From an uncultured Rickettsiales bacterium (GTDB taxonomy: Bacteria; Pseudomonadota; Alphaproteobacteria; Rickettsiales; UBA8987), in contig CAYGRX010000001.1 in NCBI GenBank assembly GCA_964352365.1, positions 1-53,291 on the forward strand: a stretch of DNA of 53,291 nt, written 5' to 3'. Position 1 is the stretch's first letter, and each line of letters starts with the position of its first letter. Below the pieces are notes generated by a model. It made no database searches. It was not told the DNA's origin and saw only the letters and a list, made by a program, of their open reading frames with translations. Of this stretch, positions 29,910 through 40,042 are shown piece by piece. Position numbers and translations under genes: made by a program.

Positions 29910-30733
29910 ACTTCTAAAAACTCATCAAATTCATCTTTTACAATTAAATATCCTCTATAACCGTCTTCACTTTCAGTGTTCATTGCATGATATATATGCT
30001 TTGTGGGGACCCAAAACCAAGGATTCTTAAACCCAGCGGAATCAAGTATCAATACCTCATCCTGCTTTTCATTATATGCACCAATAGTAGAGAAATGGCC
30101 ACCTGTTTTTAGCCCGCAAGTTGTACCATCAAAGTTGGCTATAATAAGTTCGCTATTACCAGAAAGAACACGTTTTAAATCTGCTCTAAATTTATCAAGG
30201 TTATCATCAATATCCTTATCGCATATATGGGCTTCAACTTCAACAAAGTGATATTCAAGAATATCTATAACGTTATATATGCTAATTCCTGGGTTGAAGT
30301 TTTCCTCAGTAATTTCTTCTTTAGAAAAACATGGTGCTATTTTCTCTATAGGTTTTATTTTTTCAGTTTCTTTATCTAAAATATTCAATTGGGTGTAGTA
30401 CCTATATTCAACTATTGTTCCATCTGGTTTAGTTATACAAATATCTTCTTGGTTTGGTATAAACCCTTTTTTTGCTCTAAAAGTATTTAATACAGTTGTA
30501 ACAGTAGCAACTCCGCAAAAGAATGGGTTAATTTGCGCCACGTAATTATGAGCAAGATTAAAAAATGAAACTTTGTGATCAGACTCTCTAAATAGGTTTA
30601 ATCCTTCTTCACTATTCCAGTCAGTAATAACAACTTTTTTGCGGACTGACTTTTTTGCAATATTATATTTGCCATATGCAACTTTGAGTGACAAATATTC
30701 TTTTAATTTTTCTGATTTTCTATGCTTAGGCAT
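29906..30733 (-). CDS. phytochelatin-synthase-like papain-fold protein (bacterial half-PCS, NsPCS-like)
   Basis: Catalytic Cys in INPFFCGVATVTTVLN; His and Asp 18 residues apart in GGHFSTIGAYNEKQDEVLILD, as in PCS. 4-nt overlap with gshA. Confidence 0.8.
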   Translation of the reverse strand: MPKHRKSEKLKEYLSLKVAYGKYNIAKKSVRKKVVITDWNSEEGLNLFRESDHKVSFFNLAHNYVAQINPFFCGVATVTTVLNTFRAKKGFIPNQEDICITKPDGTIVEYRYYTQLNILDKETEKIKPIEKIAPCFSKEEITEENFNPGISIYNVIDILEYHFVEVEAHICDKDIDDNLDKFRADLKRVLSGNSELIIANFDGTTCGLKTGGHFSTIGAYNEKQDEVLILDSAGFKNPWFWVPTKHIYHAMNTESEDGYRGYLIVKDEFDEFLEV

Positions 30734-30737
30734 TTTA

Positions 30738-31691
30738 TTAAATTTTAGGCTTATAACTATTTTTTGAGTGGATTTCTTCTAGCTTATCCCAAAGTAATTT
30801 TTCTGATTCTATTTTATATAGTTTGTTAATTCCTGAAAAACCTGCTGGGCAAGTCACATTAATTTCAGTTAGATAGTCTCCTATAACATCTAAACCACAT
30901 ATAATTATTCCGTCCCTCTGCAATAAAGGTTTTAGTTCTGCACAAATTTCTTTTTCTCTATCTGTCATTTTATGAGCTGCCAAAGTTCCGCCTTGCGCTA
31001 TAGCAGCTTGTAGTTGTCCCTCTGGAGGGATTCTGTTATATGCTCCAATAACTTCTCCATCAATAAGGAAAATTCTTTTATCACCTTGCCTTATTTCAGG
31101 AATATATTTTTGCGCAATTATAGGTTCATTATATTTTTCTTTCATAAGCTGAAATATGCTTTTGAAATTTTCAGTTTTCTTATTAATCCTAAAAACACTT
31201 CTGCCTGCAAACTCATATAATGGTTTTAAAATAATATCATCATGCTTATCCCAAAAATCTTTAATAACACTAGCATTTGATGTTATAATTGTTTCAGGCA
31301 TAAACTTAGCTAAAGCCTTTGGTATGAACTTTTCAGGGTAGCTAACAACAGATATTGGGTCATTAACAACAAGGCTAGTTTCCCTAGCATAATTTAACAT
31401 ATGCATTGCCGTAAAATATCTTGAGTCAAAAGGAGGGTTAAGTCTAATGTTAACAACTGCATTGTCACAAACATTAACTCTTACACGCTCTTCATTTTCT
31501 GCCAGCTCGCCGTTATCTCTAATGAAAACTTTATGAGCATTTGCAAATAAATCACCGTTTTCAAATATTAATTCTTCTGGTCTGCATGCAAATGTAGGAT
31601 ATCTCCTTACTGATTCCGCAATCAGTAAGTTGGTGTCACCCTTATCTGGATAAGGTATTTTTTCAGTGAGTATTAAACTATGATTGAACAA
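30738..31691 (-). CDS. gshB: glutathione synthetase (prokaryotic ATP-grasp type)
   Basis: GDKRIFLIDGEVIGAYNRIP, IAQGGT, CGLDVIGDYLTEINVTCPAG. Confidence 0.85.
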   Translation of the reverse strand: MFNHSLILTEKIPYPDKGDTNLLIAESVRRYPTFACRPEELIFENGDLFANAHKVFIRDNGELAENEERVRVNVCDNAVVNIRLNPPFDSRYFTAMHMLNYARETSLVVNDPISVVSYPEKFIPKALAKFMPETIITSNASVIKDFWDKHDDIILKPLYEFAGRSVFRINKKTENFKSIFQLMKEKYNEPIIAQKYIPEIRQGDKRIFLIDGEVIGAYNRIPPEGQLQAAIAQGGTLAAHKMTDREKEICAELKPLLQRDGIIICGLDVIGDYLTEINVTCPAGFSGINKLYKIESEKLLWDKLEEIHSKNSYKPKI

Positions 31692-31705
31692 GTTAATACC
31701 AAAAC

Positions 31706-32479
31706 CTAGTTGTTATTTATAGCATTAAGATCTTCAAATATAACCCCTTCAGGTGCTTCATATTGAAACCCTTTAAGCTCATTATCTTCTTCAACTGAGA
31801 TTATATTTCCTTGTGCATCAACATAAACAATTTCCTTAACTCGGTCAATTTTGTTGTTATATACTTCAACTTCAATATCCACACGTCTATCAGCCTGTAA
31901 GCATGCAATTTGCTGTTTCTTAGGCAGCGTAGTAGGGCAGTTTGTTACTGGTCTATTTTCCCCCATGAAACCAAAGTCAACCTGTTCAGTTATAAAGTAA
32001 CCTCTGGACTGAAGGTAAGTTAAGGCATTTTTTGCTCTGTTTCTTGAAAGGTTAACGTTATATTCATCGCCTGCATACCTATCTGCATAACCAACTAAAC
32101 GAACTGCTTTAACACCGTCAGATTTTTGAATTTCAGAAATAACTTCATCCATCCTAGCTCTGTCATCCGAGTCAATATTATGTCTATCAATTTCAAAGTA
32201 GATAGATTGTCTGATTAGATCTACATAAGTAACCATTTTTTCTCTTTCAACATATTTTGCAACTGGTTCAACTGGTTTTGGTGCAGGAGCCTCTGGGAGT
32301 TCAAATCCACAAGGGTCACAACATTGATCAGCAACCCAACGTGAACGAACGCAGTTACCTTTTTTATCTACGACCACAGTATGCTTTTTGTTTACAACTG
32401 GGTAAACAGATTTAGCAACGGCTATGTTAGAAACCATTAATAATGCGGTCAAAATAGATAAAATAACTGTTTTCTTCAT
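31706..32479 (-). CDS. OmpA-family peptidoglycan-binding protein with Cys-rich, Pro-rich N-terminal part
   Basis: Signal peptide; C-terminal OmpA_C-like domain (VRLVGYADRYAGDEYNVNLSRNRAKNALTYL...DRRVDIEV). Confidence 0.8.
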   Translation of the reverse strand: MKKTVILSILTALLMVSNIAVAKSVYPVVNKKHTVVVDKKGNCVRSRWVADQCCDPCGFELPEAPAPKPVEPVAKYVEREKMVTYVDLIRQSIYFEIDRHNIDSDDRARMDEVISEIQKSDGVKAVRLVGYADRYAGDEYNVNLSRNRAKNALTYLQSRGYFITEQVDFGFMGENRPVTNCPTTLPKKQQIACLQADRRVDIEVEVYNNKIDRVKEIVYVDAQGNIISVEEDNELKGFQYEAPEGVIFEDLNAINNN

Positions 32480-32542
32480 GATAAGAGAGGTGTTTAATGT
32501 TCTTAATATTCTTTAAGCTTCTAAGGATAATGATAGCCAAAG

Positions 32543-32956
32543 TCAAATGTTTTTCTGCATTATAATAGCGTCAAGCCTACTTCCACCTGATGAGTAATAG
32601 TTTTTTCTTAAACTTAAAATCTTAAAGCCGATCGACTTATATAAGTTTATAGCTGGAGTATTGATCTCTGAAACTTCTAAAATTAAACTTTCATAGTCTG
32701 ATAATTTATTAAGTAAATCTTTAGATAAGCCTTTTTGCCGTTCACTCCTGATTGTTCCAACATCCAATATTTCCGCTTCATTGAAAGCTAAGTCCCTATA
32801 AACTAAAAAGCTATTAATAGTCTCATCTTTGCCTTTAGAGTACTTTATTTTAGAAAATCCCTTTTCTAATGATTCCCATAAAGCTTCAAAACTTTTATCA
32901 GGAAAACACTCGTGATAAGACTCTTTAAGCAGCTTCTTGTTTGGTAACTTCATCAA
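32543..32956 (-). CDS. small GNAT acetyltransferase, RimI-like
   Basis: ~137 aa with RQKGLSKDLL / AINLYKSIGF acetyl-CoA motif region. Overlaps the mfd 3' end by 32 nt. Confidence 0.55.
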   Translation of the reverse strand: MMKLPNKKLLKESYHECFPDKSFEALWESLEKGFSKIKYSKGKDETINSFLVYRDLAFNEAEILDVGTIRSERQKGLSKDLLNKLSDYESLILEVSEINTPAINLYKSIGFKILSLRKNYYSSGGSRLDAIIMQKNI

Positions 32957-35900
32957 GTTCTCTTAGTTTTTCTTTTAGTCCGTAAATCCGATCACTAACT
33001 TTTTTCCAATCGCAATTCATAATCAAAAATTTATTTCCATCTTTAATCTTATATTTAATAGGGTTCTTGATTACTAAACCTATTAAACCATCGGGGTTTT
33101 TGAAGCTGTCTTTATGAAATTGAATCCTTGCACCAATTTCACTGGCATCAACTTTGTTGATGCCAAGTTTTTTGCAAATGAACTTTATTTTCACCGTTTC
33201 TAATAAATTATCAACTTCTCTTGGTAGTGTTCCAAACCTATCACTAAGCTCTGCTGCAAAAGATTCTACTTCTTCATCTGTGTCTAGATTTCCTAACCTT
33301 CTATATAAACTCATTCTTAAATCTGAATCTGAAACATAAATATCAGGTATTAAAACTGAGATACCTAAATTAATTTTAATACTAAAATCATCATCATTCG
33401 CGGTATATTTTTTATTGTCATTCATTGCTTTTAGGCCTTCAATAGCCTCTTTTAACATGTTTTGATACAGCTCAACTCCTACCTCTTTAACATTTCCGCT
33501 TTGTTCATCTCCAAGTAAATTTCCAAACCCTCTAATATCCATATCATAACTTGCAAGTGTAAAGCCTGCTCCTAAAGTATCTAATTTCTGCATTACTTCT
33601 AGGCGTTTTTCAGCGGCATTTGTCAGTCTCTTTCTTTGTGGAACAGTTAAATATGCATAGGCTCTAATTTTCCCCCTTCCAACTCTTCCTCTCAATTGGT
33701 AAAGTTGAGCTAATCCAAACATATCTGCTTTGTGAATTATAATAGTATTTGCATCAGGAACATCTAGTCCGCTTTCCACTATAGTAGTTGACAGTAACAC
33801 ATCAAACCTACCTTCGTAAAAGTCATTCATTATTTGGTCTAGCTCGTCTGGTTTCATCTGCCCATGCGCCACTACAATCTTTACTTCAGGAACTAATAAT
33901 TTAATTTTTGCTTCAAGCTCTTCCAAATCTTTAATTCTTGGTGCTACATAATATGTTCTACCTCCTCTGTAATGCTCTTTCATAATCGCTTCGCGAATGG
34001 TGATTTGGTCAAATGGCATCACATATGTTCTCACCGCGAGTCTATCAACTGGTGGTGTTGCAATTAGTGATAAATCTCTAATTCCTGAAAGTGAAAGCTG
34101 TAATGTTCTTGGTATTGGGGTTGCAGATAATGTTAAAACATGAGTTTCATTTTTAAGCTTTTTTAGCCTTTCTTTTTGAGAAACTCCAAACCTTTGCTCC
34201 TCATCAATAATTAATAATGATAAATTTGAAAATTCCATATTTTTTGCTAGCAGAGTATGGGTTCCAACAACAATATCAACTTCGCCATTAGCAATTTCTT
34301 CTTTTGTTTTTTTCATCTCTTTAGCTGTTACCATTCGAGATAGTTGCTTTACCCTAAATCCAGTCCCTTCAAACCTAGATTGCAAAGTGTTAAAATGTTG
34401 TCGGCAAAGCAAAGTTGTTGGGCATATGAATGCAACTTGCTCTCTCTCTCCATTATTTTCTGAAATGTCTTTATTGTTTTGTATCGCTGCAAATGCCGCT
34501 CTAATTGCGACTTCTGTTTTGCCAAAGCCAACATCGCCACAAATCAATCTATCCATAGCTTTGCCGGATGACATATCTCGTAATACATCTTCAATTGCAT
34601 TCATTTGGTCATCCGTTTCAACATATGGAAATTTTGATGCGAACTCATCATAAGCGCCTAAGCTAGTATCAAACGCAGGGGCTAGCTTTAACTCTCTATT
34701 GGCAGCAATATGAATCAAATCTTTCGCAATTTCCCTGATGCGTTTTTTAACTCGTGCTGTTCTTTCTTGCCACCCTAATCCGCCAAGTTTATCTAGTTCA
34801 ACTCCATCAGCAGAGCCGTATCTTGAAATCAACTCAATATTTTCAACGGGAACATAAAATTTATCACCATCTTTATAAGTAAGCAAAATGAAATCATGTT
34901 GAAAGCCTTGAATCGCTAATGTTTCTAAGCCTTCAAACCTACCAATTCCATGTTCTTTATGAACAATCAATTCACCACTATTTAAATTCGCCGCCTCTTT
35001 TAAAAAGTCTTCAGCTTTTCCGCTGCCCTTTCTTTTTTTACGATAAACTTTTTCGCCAAATAATTCAGCTTCAGAAATAAAGTTCAAACCCTCAGCTTTA
35101 AATCCTGAATCTAGACCTAAAACGCATAGCCCAACTGATTGTTTGTCTATTAAGACTAAGTCTTTTTCAAAATCATCTATCAGAACATTTTTTACTTCTG
35201 TTTCTGTTAGTAATTTTGCGACACGCTCTCTACTACCACTGCTGATACAGGCGATTATATTTTTAGTTTTATCTCTTCCTTTACCTAATTCAACTTTAGG
35301 TTTAATATCTTTTTCAAGCAAATCTAAAGCTGTAGATTTTAAAACCTTAGAATCTTGAAAGTAATTTCTACTCGATTTAAATTCTAGTTCAACAATTCCA
35401 CCAGTTGAACCTTTACCCTCACTAAATTTATTAAATTGAACAGTTTTGATCTTTGAAATGATTTTATCGAAATCACAATTTAATATATAGGACTTGCTTG
35501 GCTCAATTAAGTTTGTTTCAACGCCGTTATATCTTCCACTTTTTATAAAAACATTTCTCGCATCATAGGCGTCTTGAATTTGTGACCACTTTTCAAACAG
35601 TACATTCTGAACGTCATTTTCTAAGCAAATAATATTCCCTTCAAAATAATCGAAGATACTATCAATTTTTTCATAGAAAAACGGTAGAAAGTTCTCCATG
35701 CCTGCAAATCTTCGGCCATCTATAATATTTTCATATAAAGGATTGTTATCACTGGCCTTTAAACCAAATTTACTAATAAAATTTTCTTTAAAGCGCTCAA
35801 TGTTCTGTTTGTTTAAAATAATTTCACTTGCAGGAATCAAATCATAGCCGTCAATATCTCCGTGGCTAATTTGAGTTAGTGGGTCATATTTTCTAATTGA

Positions 35901-36467
35901 TTCAATTTCATCTCCAAAAAAATCAACTCTTATACCAAACTCTTGAGCTGGTGGAAAAATATCTATAATGCTTCCTCGTAAGCTAAACTCGCCATTATCA
36001 CTAGCAGCGCCAACATTAATATAGCTATTATTAACTAGAAACTCAGTGATTAAATCACGCTTAATTTCATTTCCTTTGTTAAGGCTTAGGCTAGATTTTT
36101 TAATTACATCTTTCGGGATATTTTTTTGAATGCAAGCGCTGGCAGTAGTTAAAATAATGTGATTTTTTGAATTCCCATTAGCAATTTTGGCAAGTGCTTT
36201 TAAGCGTTTACTAGTTACCCTAGTGCTAGGTGAAACATTATCATAAGGGTTTATGTCCCAAGCGGGAAACTCAAAAACATCCAATTCAGGTGCTATAAAT
36301 TCTAAAATCTCTCTTATTTTATCTAAATAGAAATCATTCTTGCAAATATGAAGAATTCCATTTTTTTCACTCTTAGCTAGATCTTTTAGTATGAATGCCT
36401 CGCTTCCATCTGGTACGGGAGTGAAAATAACTTTTTCATGATTTGCAATTTTTGAAGAATATTTCAT
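32925..36467 (-). CDS. mfd: transcription-repair coupling factor Mfd
   Basis: 1180 aa; UvrB-homology N-terminus, CarD/RID region, SF2 helicase motifs (GDVGFGKTEVA, DEEQRFG, SATPIPRT), TRG and C-terminal domain. Confidence 0.95.
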   Translation of the reverse strand: MKYSSKIANHEKVIFTPVPDGSEAFILKDLAKSEKNGILHICKNDFYLDKIREILEFIAPELDVFEFPAWDINPYDNVSPSTRVTSKRLKALAKIANGNSKNHIILTTASACIQKNIPKDVIKKSSLSLNKGNEIKRDLITEFLVNNSYINVGAASDNGEFSLRGSIIDIFPPAQEFGIRVDFFGDEIESIRKYDPLTQISHGDIDGYDLIPASEIILNKQNIERFKENFISKFGLKASDNNPLYENIIDGRRFAGMENFLPFFYEKIDSIFDYFEGNIICLENDVQNVLFEKWSQIQDAYDARNVFIKSGRYNGVETNLIEPSKSYILNCDFDKIISKIKTVQFNKFSEGKGSTGGIVELEFKSSRNYFQDSKVLKSTALDLLEKDIKPKVELGKGRDKTKNIIACISSGSRERVAKLLTETEVKNVLIDDFEKDLVLIDKQSVGLCVLGLDSGFKAEGLNFISEAELFGEKVYRKKRKGSGKAEDFLKEAANLNSGELIVHKEHGIGRFEGLETLAIQGFQHDFILLTYKDGDKFYVPVENIELISRYGSADGVELDKLGGLGWQERTARVKKRIREIAKDLIHIAANRELKLAPAFDTSLGAYDEFASKFPYVETDDQMNAIEDVLRDMSSGKAMDRLICGDVGFGKTEVAIRAAFAAIQNNKDISENNGEREQVAFICPTTLLCRQHFNTLQSRFEGTGFRVKQLSRMVTAKEMKKTKEEIANGEVDIVVGTHTLLAKNMEFSNLSLLIIDEEQRFGVSQKERLKKLKNETHVLTLSATPIPRTLQLSLSGIRDLSLIATPPVDRLAVRTYVMPFDQITIREAIMKEHYRGGRTYYVAPRIKDLEELEAKIKLLVPEVKIVVAHGQMKPDELDQIMNDFYEGRFDVLLSTTIVESGLDVPDANTIIIHKADMFGLAQLYQLRGRVGRGKIRAYAYLTVPQRKRLTNAAEKRLEVMQKLDTLGAGFTLASYDMDIRGFGNLLGDEQSGNVKEVGVELYQNMLKEAIEGLKAMNDNKKYTANDDDFSIKINLGISVLIPDIYVSDSDLRMSLYRRLGNLDTDEEVESFAAELSDRFGTLPREVDNLLETVKIKFICKKLGINKVDASEIGARIQFHKDSFKNPDGLIGLVIKNPIKYKIKDGNKFLIMNCDWKKVSDRIYGLKEKLRELDEVTKQEAA

Positions 36468-36944
36468 GAAAGACTATCTATGCCCAAACTTGTGAAATAT
36501 CAATATTTTTAGCGTTAAGATTTTATTAACCTTCTTGTGTTAAGATTGACGAATGTATAATCTAAATCAAATAAGTGCTAAACAGCTGGTACTAAGAACA
36601 TTAGAATCATAAACCTTCCTGACGCAGAATTATATGGCAGAGGTAGTGAAGGAATGGTTTTTAGGCAATCTCACCAAGATTTTTATAATTCTAAACTCGG
36701 ATATTAATAATCAACGCAGTTTTAAAACTGGTATTCTGAGTGAGGCATTGGTAAAATATAGCTCGACTCAGTTGCAGAAATTTTCGACAAGTTGTACGAA
36801 CTTCCTGAAGTAGATTTTAATATTTCACACCCAAGAATAGAAATTACTCAGTTCGGTAAACCTAATTTTGCAGATAGTGCGCAAAGTGTATTAGATGTAT
36901 TGAACAAACCTAAAGCTATTTAGGTCTTTAAAATAATATGAAAG

Positions 36945-38654
36945 TTACAATTCATACTTTACTTTAAAATCTTGTTTAATTTTGTAGTTATCTTTGTCTA
37001 CTGGCTGCACCTTTAAAATTGGTCCTATACGCTCAATAATATTTCCTACAACTGGAGCTGCAACCCAGCCGCCAGTAGCAAAACCCCAAGTATCTTTTGT
37101 AGCTTTAGGTTCGTCAAGTAAAACTAAAACTAAATATTGTGGGTCATTCATAGGGAAAACACCTATGAAGGAAGATATTAGCACATGCTTACTATATCTT
37201 CCTCTGCTGTCTAACTTCTCTGCTGTGCCTGTTTTTCCGCCAACGAAATATCCATCTACATCAGCTTTTTTCCCGCTTCCTTCCTTGTTTCCAACAACAA
37301 GCCTTAAAAGTTTTCTCATTTTATCAGATGTATCTTTGCTAAAAACCTTTACTCCATTGCTTGTTTTATTTTTTAAAATCGTTGGTTGATATAAATATCC
37401 GCCATTTATTGTGCTGGCAAATGCTGAGGCAATATGCATAGGGGAAACAGCTATGCCATGGCCGTAGGAAGAAGTTAAGGTTGTAACTTCTCTCCAAGTT
37501 TTCGGCATTATAGGCTTAGTTTTTTCCGCTACTTCAATATCTAATTTATCGTAAAATCCTAGCTTCCTAAAATATTTTTGCATCAATTCGTCGCCTAACC
37601 TCTCTGCAATTTTTGCTGTGCCAATATTTGATGAATACATCAAAATTTCTGGAACGCTCAACCTACGTTTTTGTGCGTGAAAATCATTAATAGTAAATCT
37701 TGAAATTTCAATTTGTTTACTGGCGTCAAAACTACTCCACATTTTAATTTTATTTTCTTCAAAAGCCATTGCAAATGTTAGGGGCTTAAAGGTAGACCCC
37801 ATTTCATAATTCGCCATTGTTGCGGCATTGAATAATGATTTTTCTTCTATTGAGCTTGATATATTAGGATCGTAATCTGGTAGGCTAACACTGGATATAA
37901 CTCCTCCATCATTAACATCTAGAACAATTGCAACCGCGCGCTTGGCATGATGCTTCTTTAATTGCTGGATAAGTTCCTCCCTAACAACGCTCTGAACTTT
38001 AATATCTAGGGTGGTTTTAATTTTATTCTCTTCTATATTTCCATCTTCATAAATATCCTCTTTGTTTTTAACTCCATCAATATATCTCTCTAAACCGCCG
38101 AGTCCCTTGCCATCTACTCCAACCATACCAACTGTATGGGAAAAATAATTCGCATGTGGATAAATTCTTTTTTCTTCGTCCTTGAACATCAGCCCTGGTA
38201 TTCCAAGCTCGTTAACTTTATATTTTTGTTGTGGGTGTAAAATTCTTTTGATCCATAAAAAAGCCTTATCACTGTTGAATTTTTCTAATAAATTTTTTTC
38301 ATCTAAATCAGGAAAAATTTTTGAAAGTTCTTTTGCCGCAATTTCTTTGTCTATCATTATCTGAGGGTTTACATATAGGGATGAGGTCGTTAAATTTGAT
38401 GAAATCAAGCCACCATTCCTATCATAAATCTTTGGTCTAGACGTATTATTGCCAGCGCTTTGAGAGCTATAGATTCGTTTGCTTTGTATTTCGCTTTCAA
38501 GGAAGAATGTTAGCTTAACTGTTTTTGCGGCGATTATTACGAATGTAATTATTATGGCGGATATTAGGAAAAAAAGCCTGATTTTAGATTTCTCTAAAAC
38601 TTGGTTCAGCTGACCATCTAGTGAAATATTGAGCCTTTTGGACTTGGCTGCCAT
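36945..38654 (-). CDS. ftsI: peptidoglycan D,D-transpeptidase FtsI (PBP3)
   Basis: N-terminal TM anchor, dimerisation domain, transpeptidase motifs STFK, SSN, KTGT. Confidence 0.9.
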   Translation of the reverse strand: MAAKSKRLNISLDGQLNQVLEKSKIRLFFLISAIIITFVIIAAKTVKLTFFLESEIQSKRIYSSQSAGNNTSRPKIYDRNGGLISSNLTTSSLYVNPQIMIDKEIAAKELSKIFPDLDEKNLLEKFNSDKAFLWIKRILHPQQKYKVNELGIPGLMFKDEEKRIYPHANYFSHTVGMVGVDGKGLGGLERYIDGVKNKEDIYEDGNIEENKIKTTLDIKVQSVVREELIQQLKKHHAKRAVAIVLDVNDGGVISSVSLPDYDPNISSSIEEKSLFNAATMANYEMGSTFKPLTFAMAFEENKIKMWSSFDASKQIEISRFTINDFHAQKRRLSVPEILMYSSNIGTAKIAERLGDELMQKYFRKLGFYDKLDIEVAEKTKPIMPKTWREVTTLTSSYGHGIAVSPMHIASAFASTINGGYLYQPTILKNKTSNGVKVFSKDTSDKMRKLLRLVVGNKEGSGKKADVDGYFVGGKTGTAEKLDSRGRYSKHVLISSFIGVFPMNDPQYLVLVLLDEPKATKDTWGFATGGWVAAPVVGNIIERIGPILKVQPVDKDNYKIKQDFKVKYEL

Positions 38655-38659
38655 TTGCT

Positions 38660-38986
38660 TTAATTACTATTTTCGTTTTGAGATAAGTATGTTCTCTTAT
38701 TTTCTAAATTACGCAGATTTGTATAATGTTTCAAGCGTGGTGTTGCCATTTTTGCGCTAACAGAGTTAGGAAAACTAGTTTTCGATAGTTTTTCAAGTCT
38801 AACAGGGTTGTTTTGGTAACTCCATTCTGCTTCTAAAATTTCAATATCACGTTTAGATGTGTTGATTAGTTCCATTTTGTCATTAATCTCAAGATCCAAC
38901 TTGTTTACCTCGCTTTCAAAATGATACACAGCAAAAGTTAGGCTTAAAATAGTAGCAATAAATATATGTAACTTATATCTTATCAT
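38660..38986 (-). CDS. ftsL: cell division protein FtsL-like
   Basis: 108 aa, single N-terminal TM plus coiled-coil, positioned between rsmH and ftsI. Confidence 0.6.
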   Translation of the reverse strand: MIRYKLHIFIATILSLTFAVYHFESEVNKLDLEINDKMELINTSKRDIEILEAEWSYQNNPVRLEKLSKTSFPNSVSAKMATPRLKHYTNLRNLENKRTYLSQNENSN

Positions 38987-40024
38987 CTAGCTTTTAATCT
39001 CATTAATTTTTTCTGCTACTCTAAGCTTTGCAGATCTTGATCTTGGGTTCGATTTTAGTTCAACTTCATTGGATATTATTGGTTTTTTATTTATGATTTT
39101 TAGCTCCTGAAGTTTTTCTTCTGTTACATCAGGCATTGGTACATATCTTGAAAAAGTTTCCTTTGCGCCAGACTTTTCGCGATAAAAATCTTTAACTAAA
39201 ATATCCTCACCTGAGTGGAACGTAATAACGCATAGCCTGCCATCAATATTTAAAGCTCTTAGCGCCTTATCAAGGCCAATTTTAATTTCATTAACTTCAT
39301 TATTTACATGCATTCTAATTGCTTGAAATGTTCTAGTTGCAGGATGAATAGTGTCATTATATTTCCCAGCCGCCCTAGATACAATATTTGCCAATTGGCT
39401 GGTTCTTTCAATCCTATTACTTTGCCTTTCATTGCAAATAGCAGAAGCTATTCTTCTGCTTTTTCTTTCATCTCCATATTTGAATATTATTCCTGCAATT
39501 TCTTCTTCTGTGGCTTCATTTATAAAATCTTCAGCATTAAAGCCACTATCTTCCATTCTCATATCAAGAGGGCCATCATGCTGGAATGAAAAACCGCGTC
39601 TTGGTGTATCAATTTGCATGGATGAAAAGCCTAAATCCATCAAAATTCCATCAACTTTATCAATGCTATTCTCGGATAGTGCTAAATCTAAATCACTAAA
39701 CTTTCCGTTCCAAAACATAAACCTATTACCGAATTCGCCTTTTAACTCATCAGCGTATTTTTCAGTGTAAGGGTCTCTATCAATTGCAACTATTTTAATG
39801 TCTGGCTGTTCTTGAAGGATTCTTCTTGTATGCCCGCCAGCTCCAAAGGTGCAGTCAATATATATTTTATTAGGCCTTATATTTAAGCCTTCAATACATT
39901 CTTCTAGTAAAACTGAAATGTGATCGTCTGAAGTCATTATTTTTTCATTTTTATCTGTTTCTAAATATTCAAATAGATATTCAAGGTCTTCTCTTTCAAA
40001 ATCTGTAATGTTTAAATATCCCAT
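38987..40024 (-). CDS. rsmH: 16S rRNA (cytosine1402-N4)-methyltransferase RsmH
   Basis: HISVLLEE, DCTFGAGGH, DLGFSSMQID, ITFHSGEDI. The internal ATG at 39937 fits the usual N-terminus better. Confidence 0.9.
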   Translation of the reverse strand: MGYLNITDFEREDLEYLFEYLETDKNEKIMTSDDHISVLLEECIEGLNIRPNKIYIDCTFGAGGHTRRILQEQPDIKIVAIDRDPYTEKYADELKGEFGNRFMFWNGKFSDLDLALSENSIDKVDGILMDLGFSSMQIDTPRRGFSFQHDGPLDMRMEDSGFNAEDFINEATEEEIAGIIFKYGDERKSRRIASAICNERQSNRIERTSQLANIVSRAAGKYNDTIHPATRTFQAIRMHVNNEVNEIKIGLDKALRALNIDGRLCVITFHSGEDILVKDFYREKSGAKETFSRYVPMPDVTEEKLQELKIINKKPIISNEVELKSNPRSRSAKLRVAEKINEIKS

Positions 40025-40042
40025 AGCTTTTAGGCCAATTAC

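Noticed and set aside
36590-36640. SRP (4.5S) RNA-like GTCAGGAAGG on the minus strand
   Set aside because: It matches only a fragment of the domain IV consensus, and no symmetric helix or GNRA loop can be formed.
36994-37389. 131-aa plus-strand ORF inside ftsI, and similar shadow ORFs at 39351-39770, 29293-29604, 20723-21016, 21869-22177 and 14176-14496
   Set aside because: Each is antisense to a conserved gene with clear motifs. They are shadow ORFs of the kind expected in AT-rich DNA.
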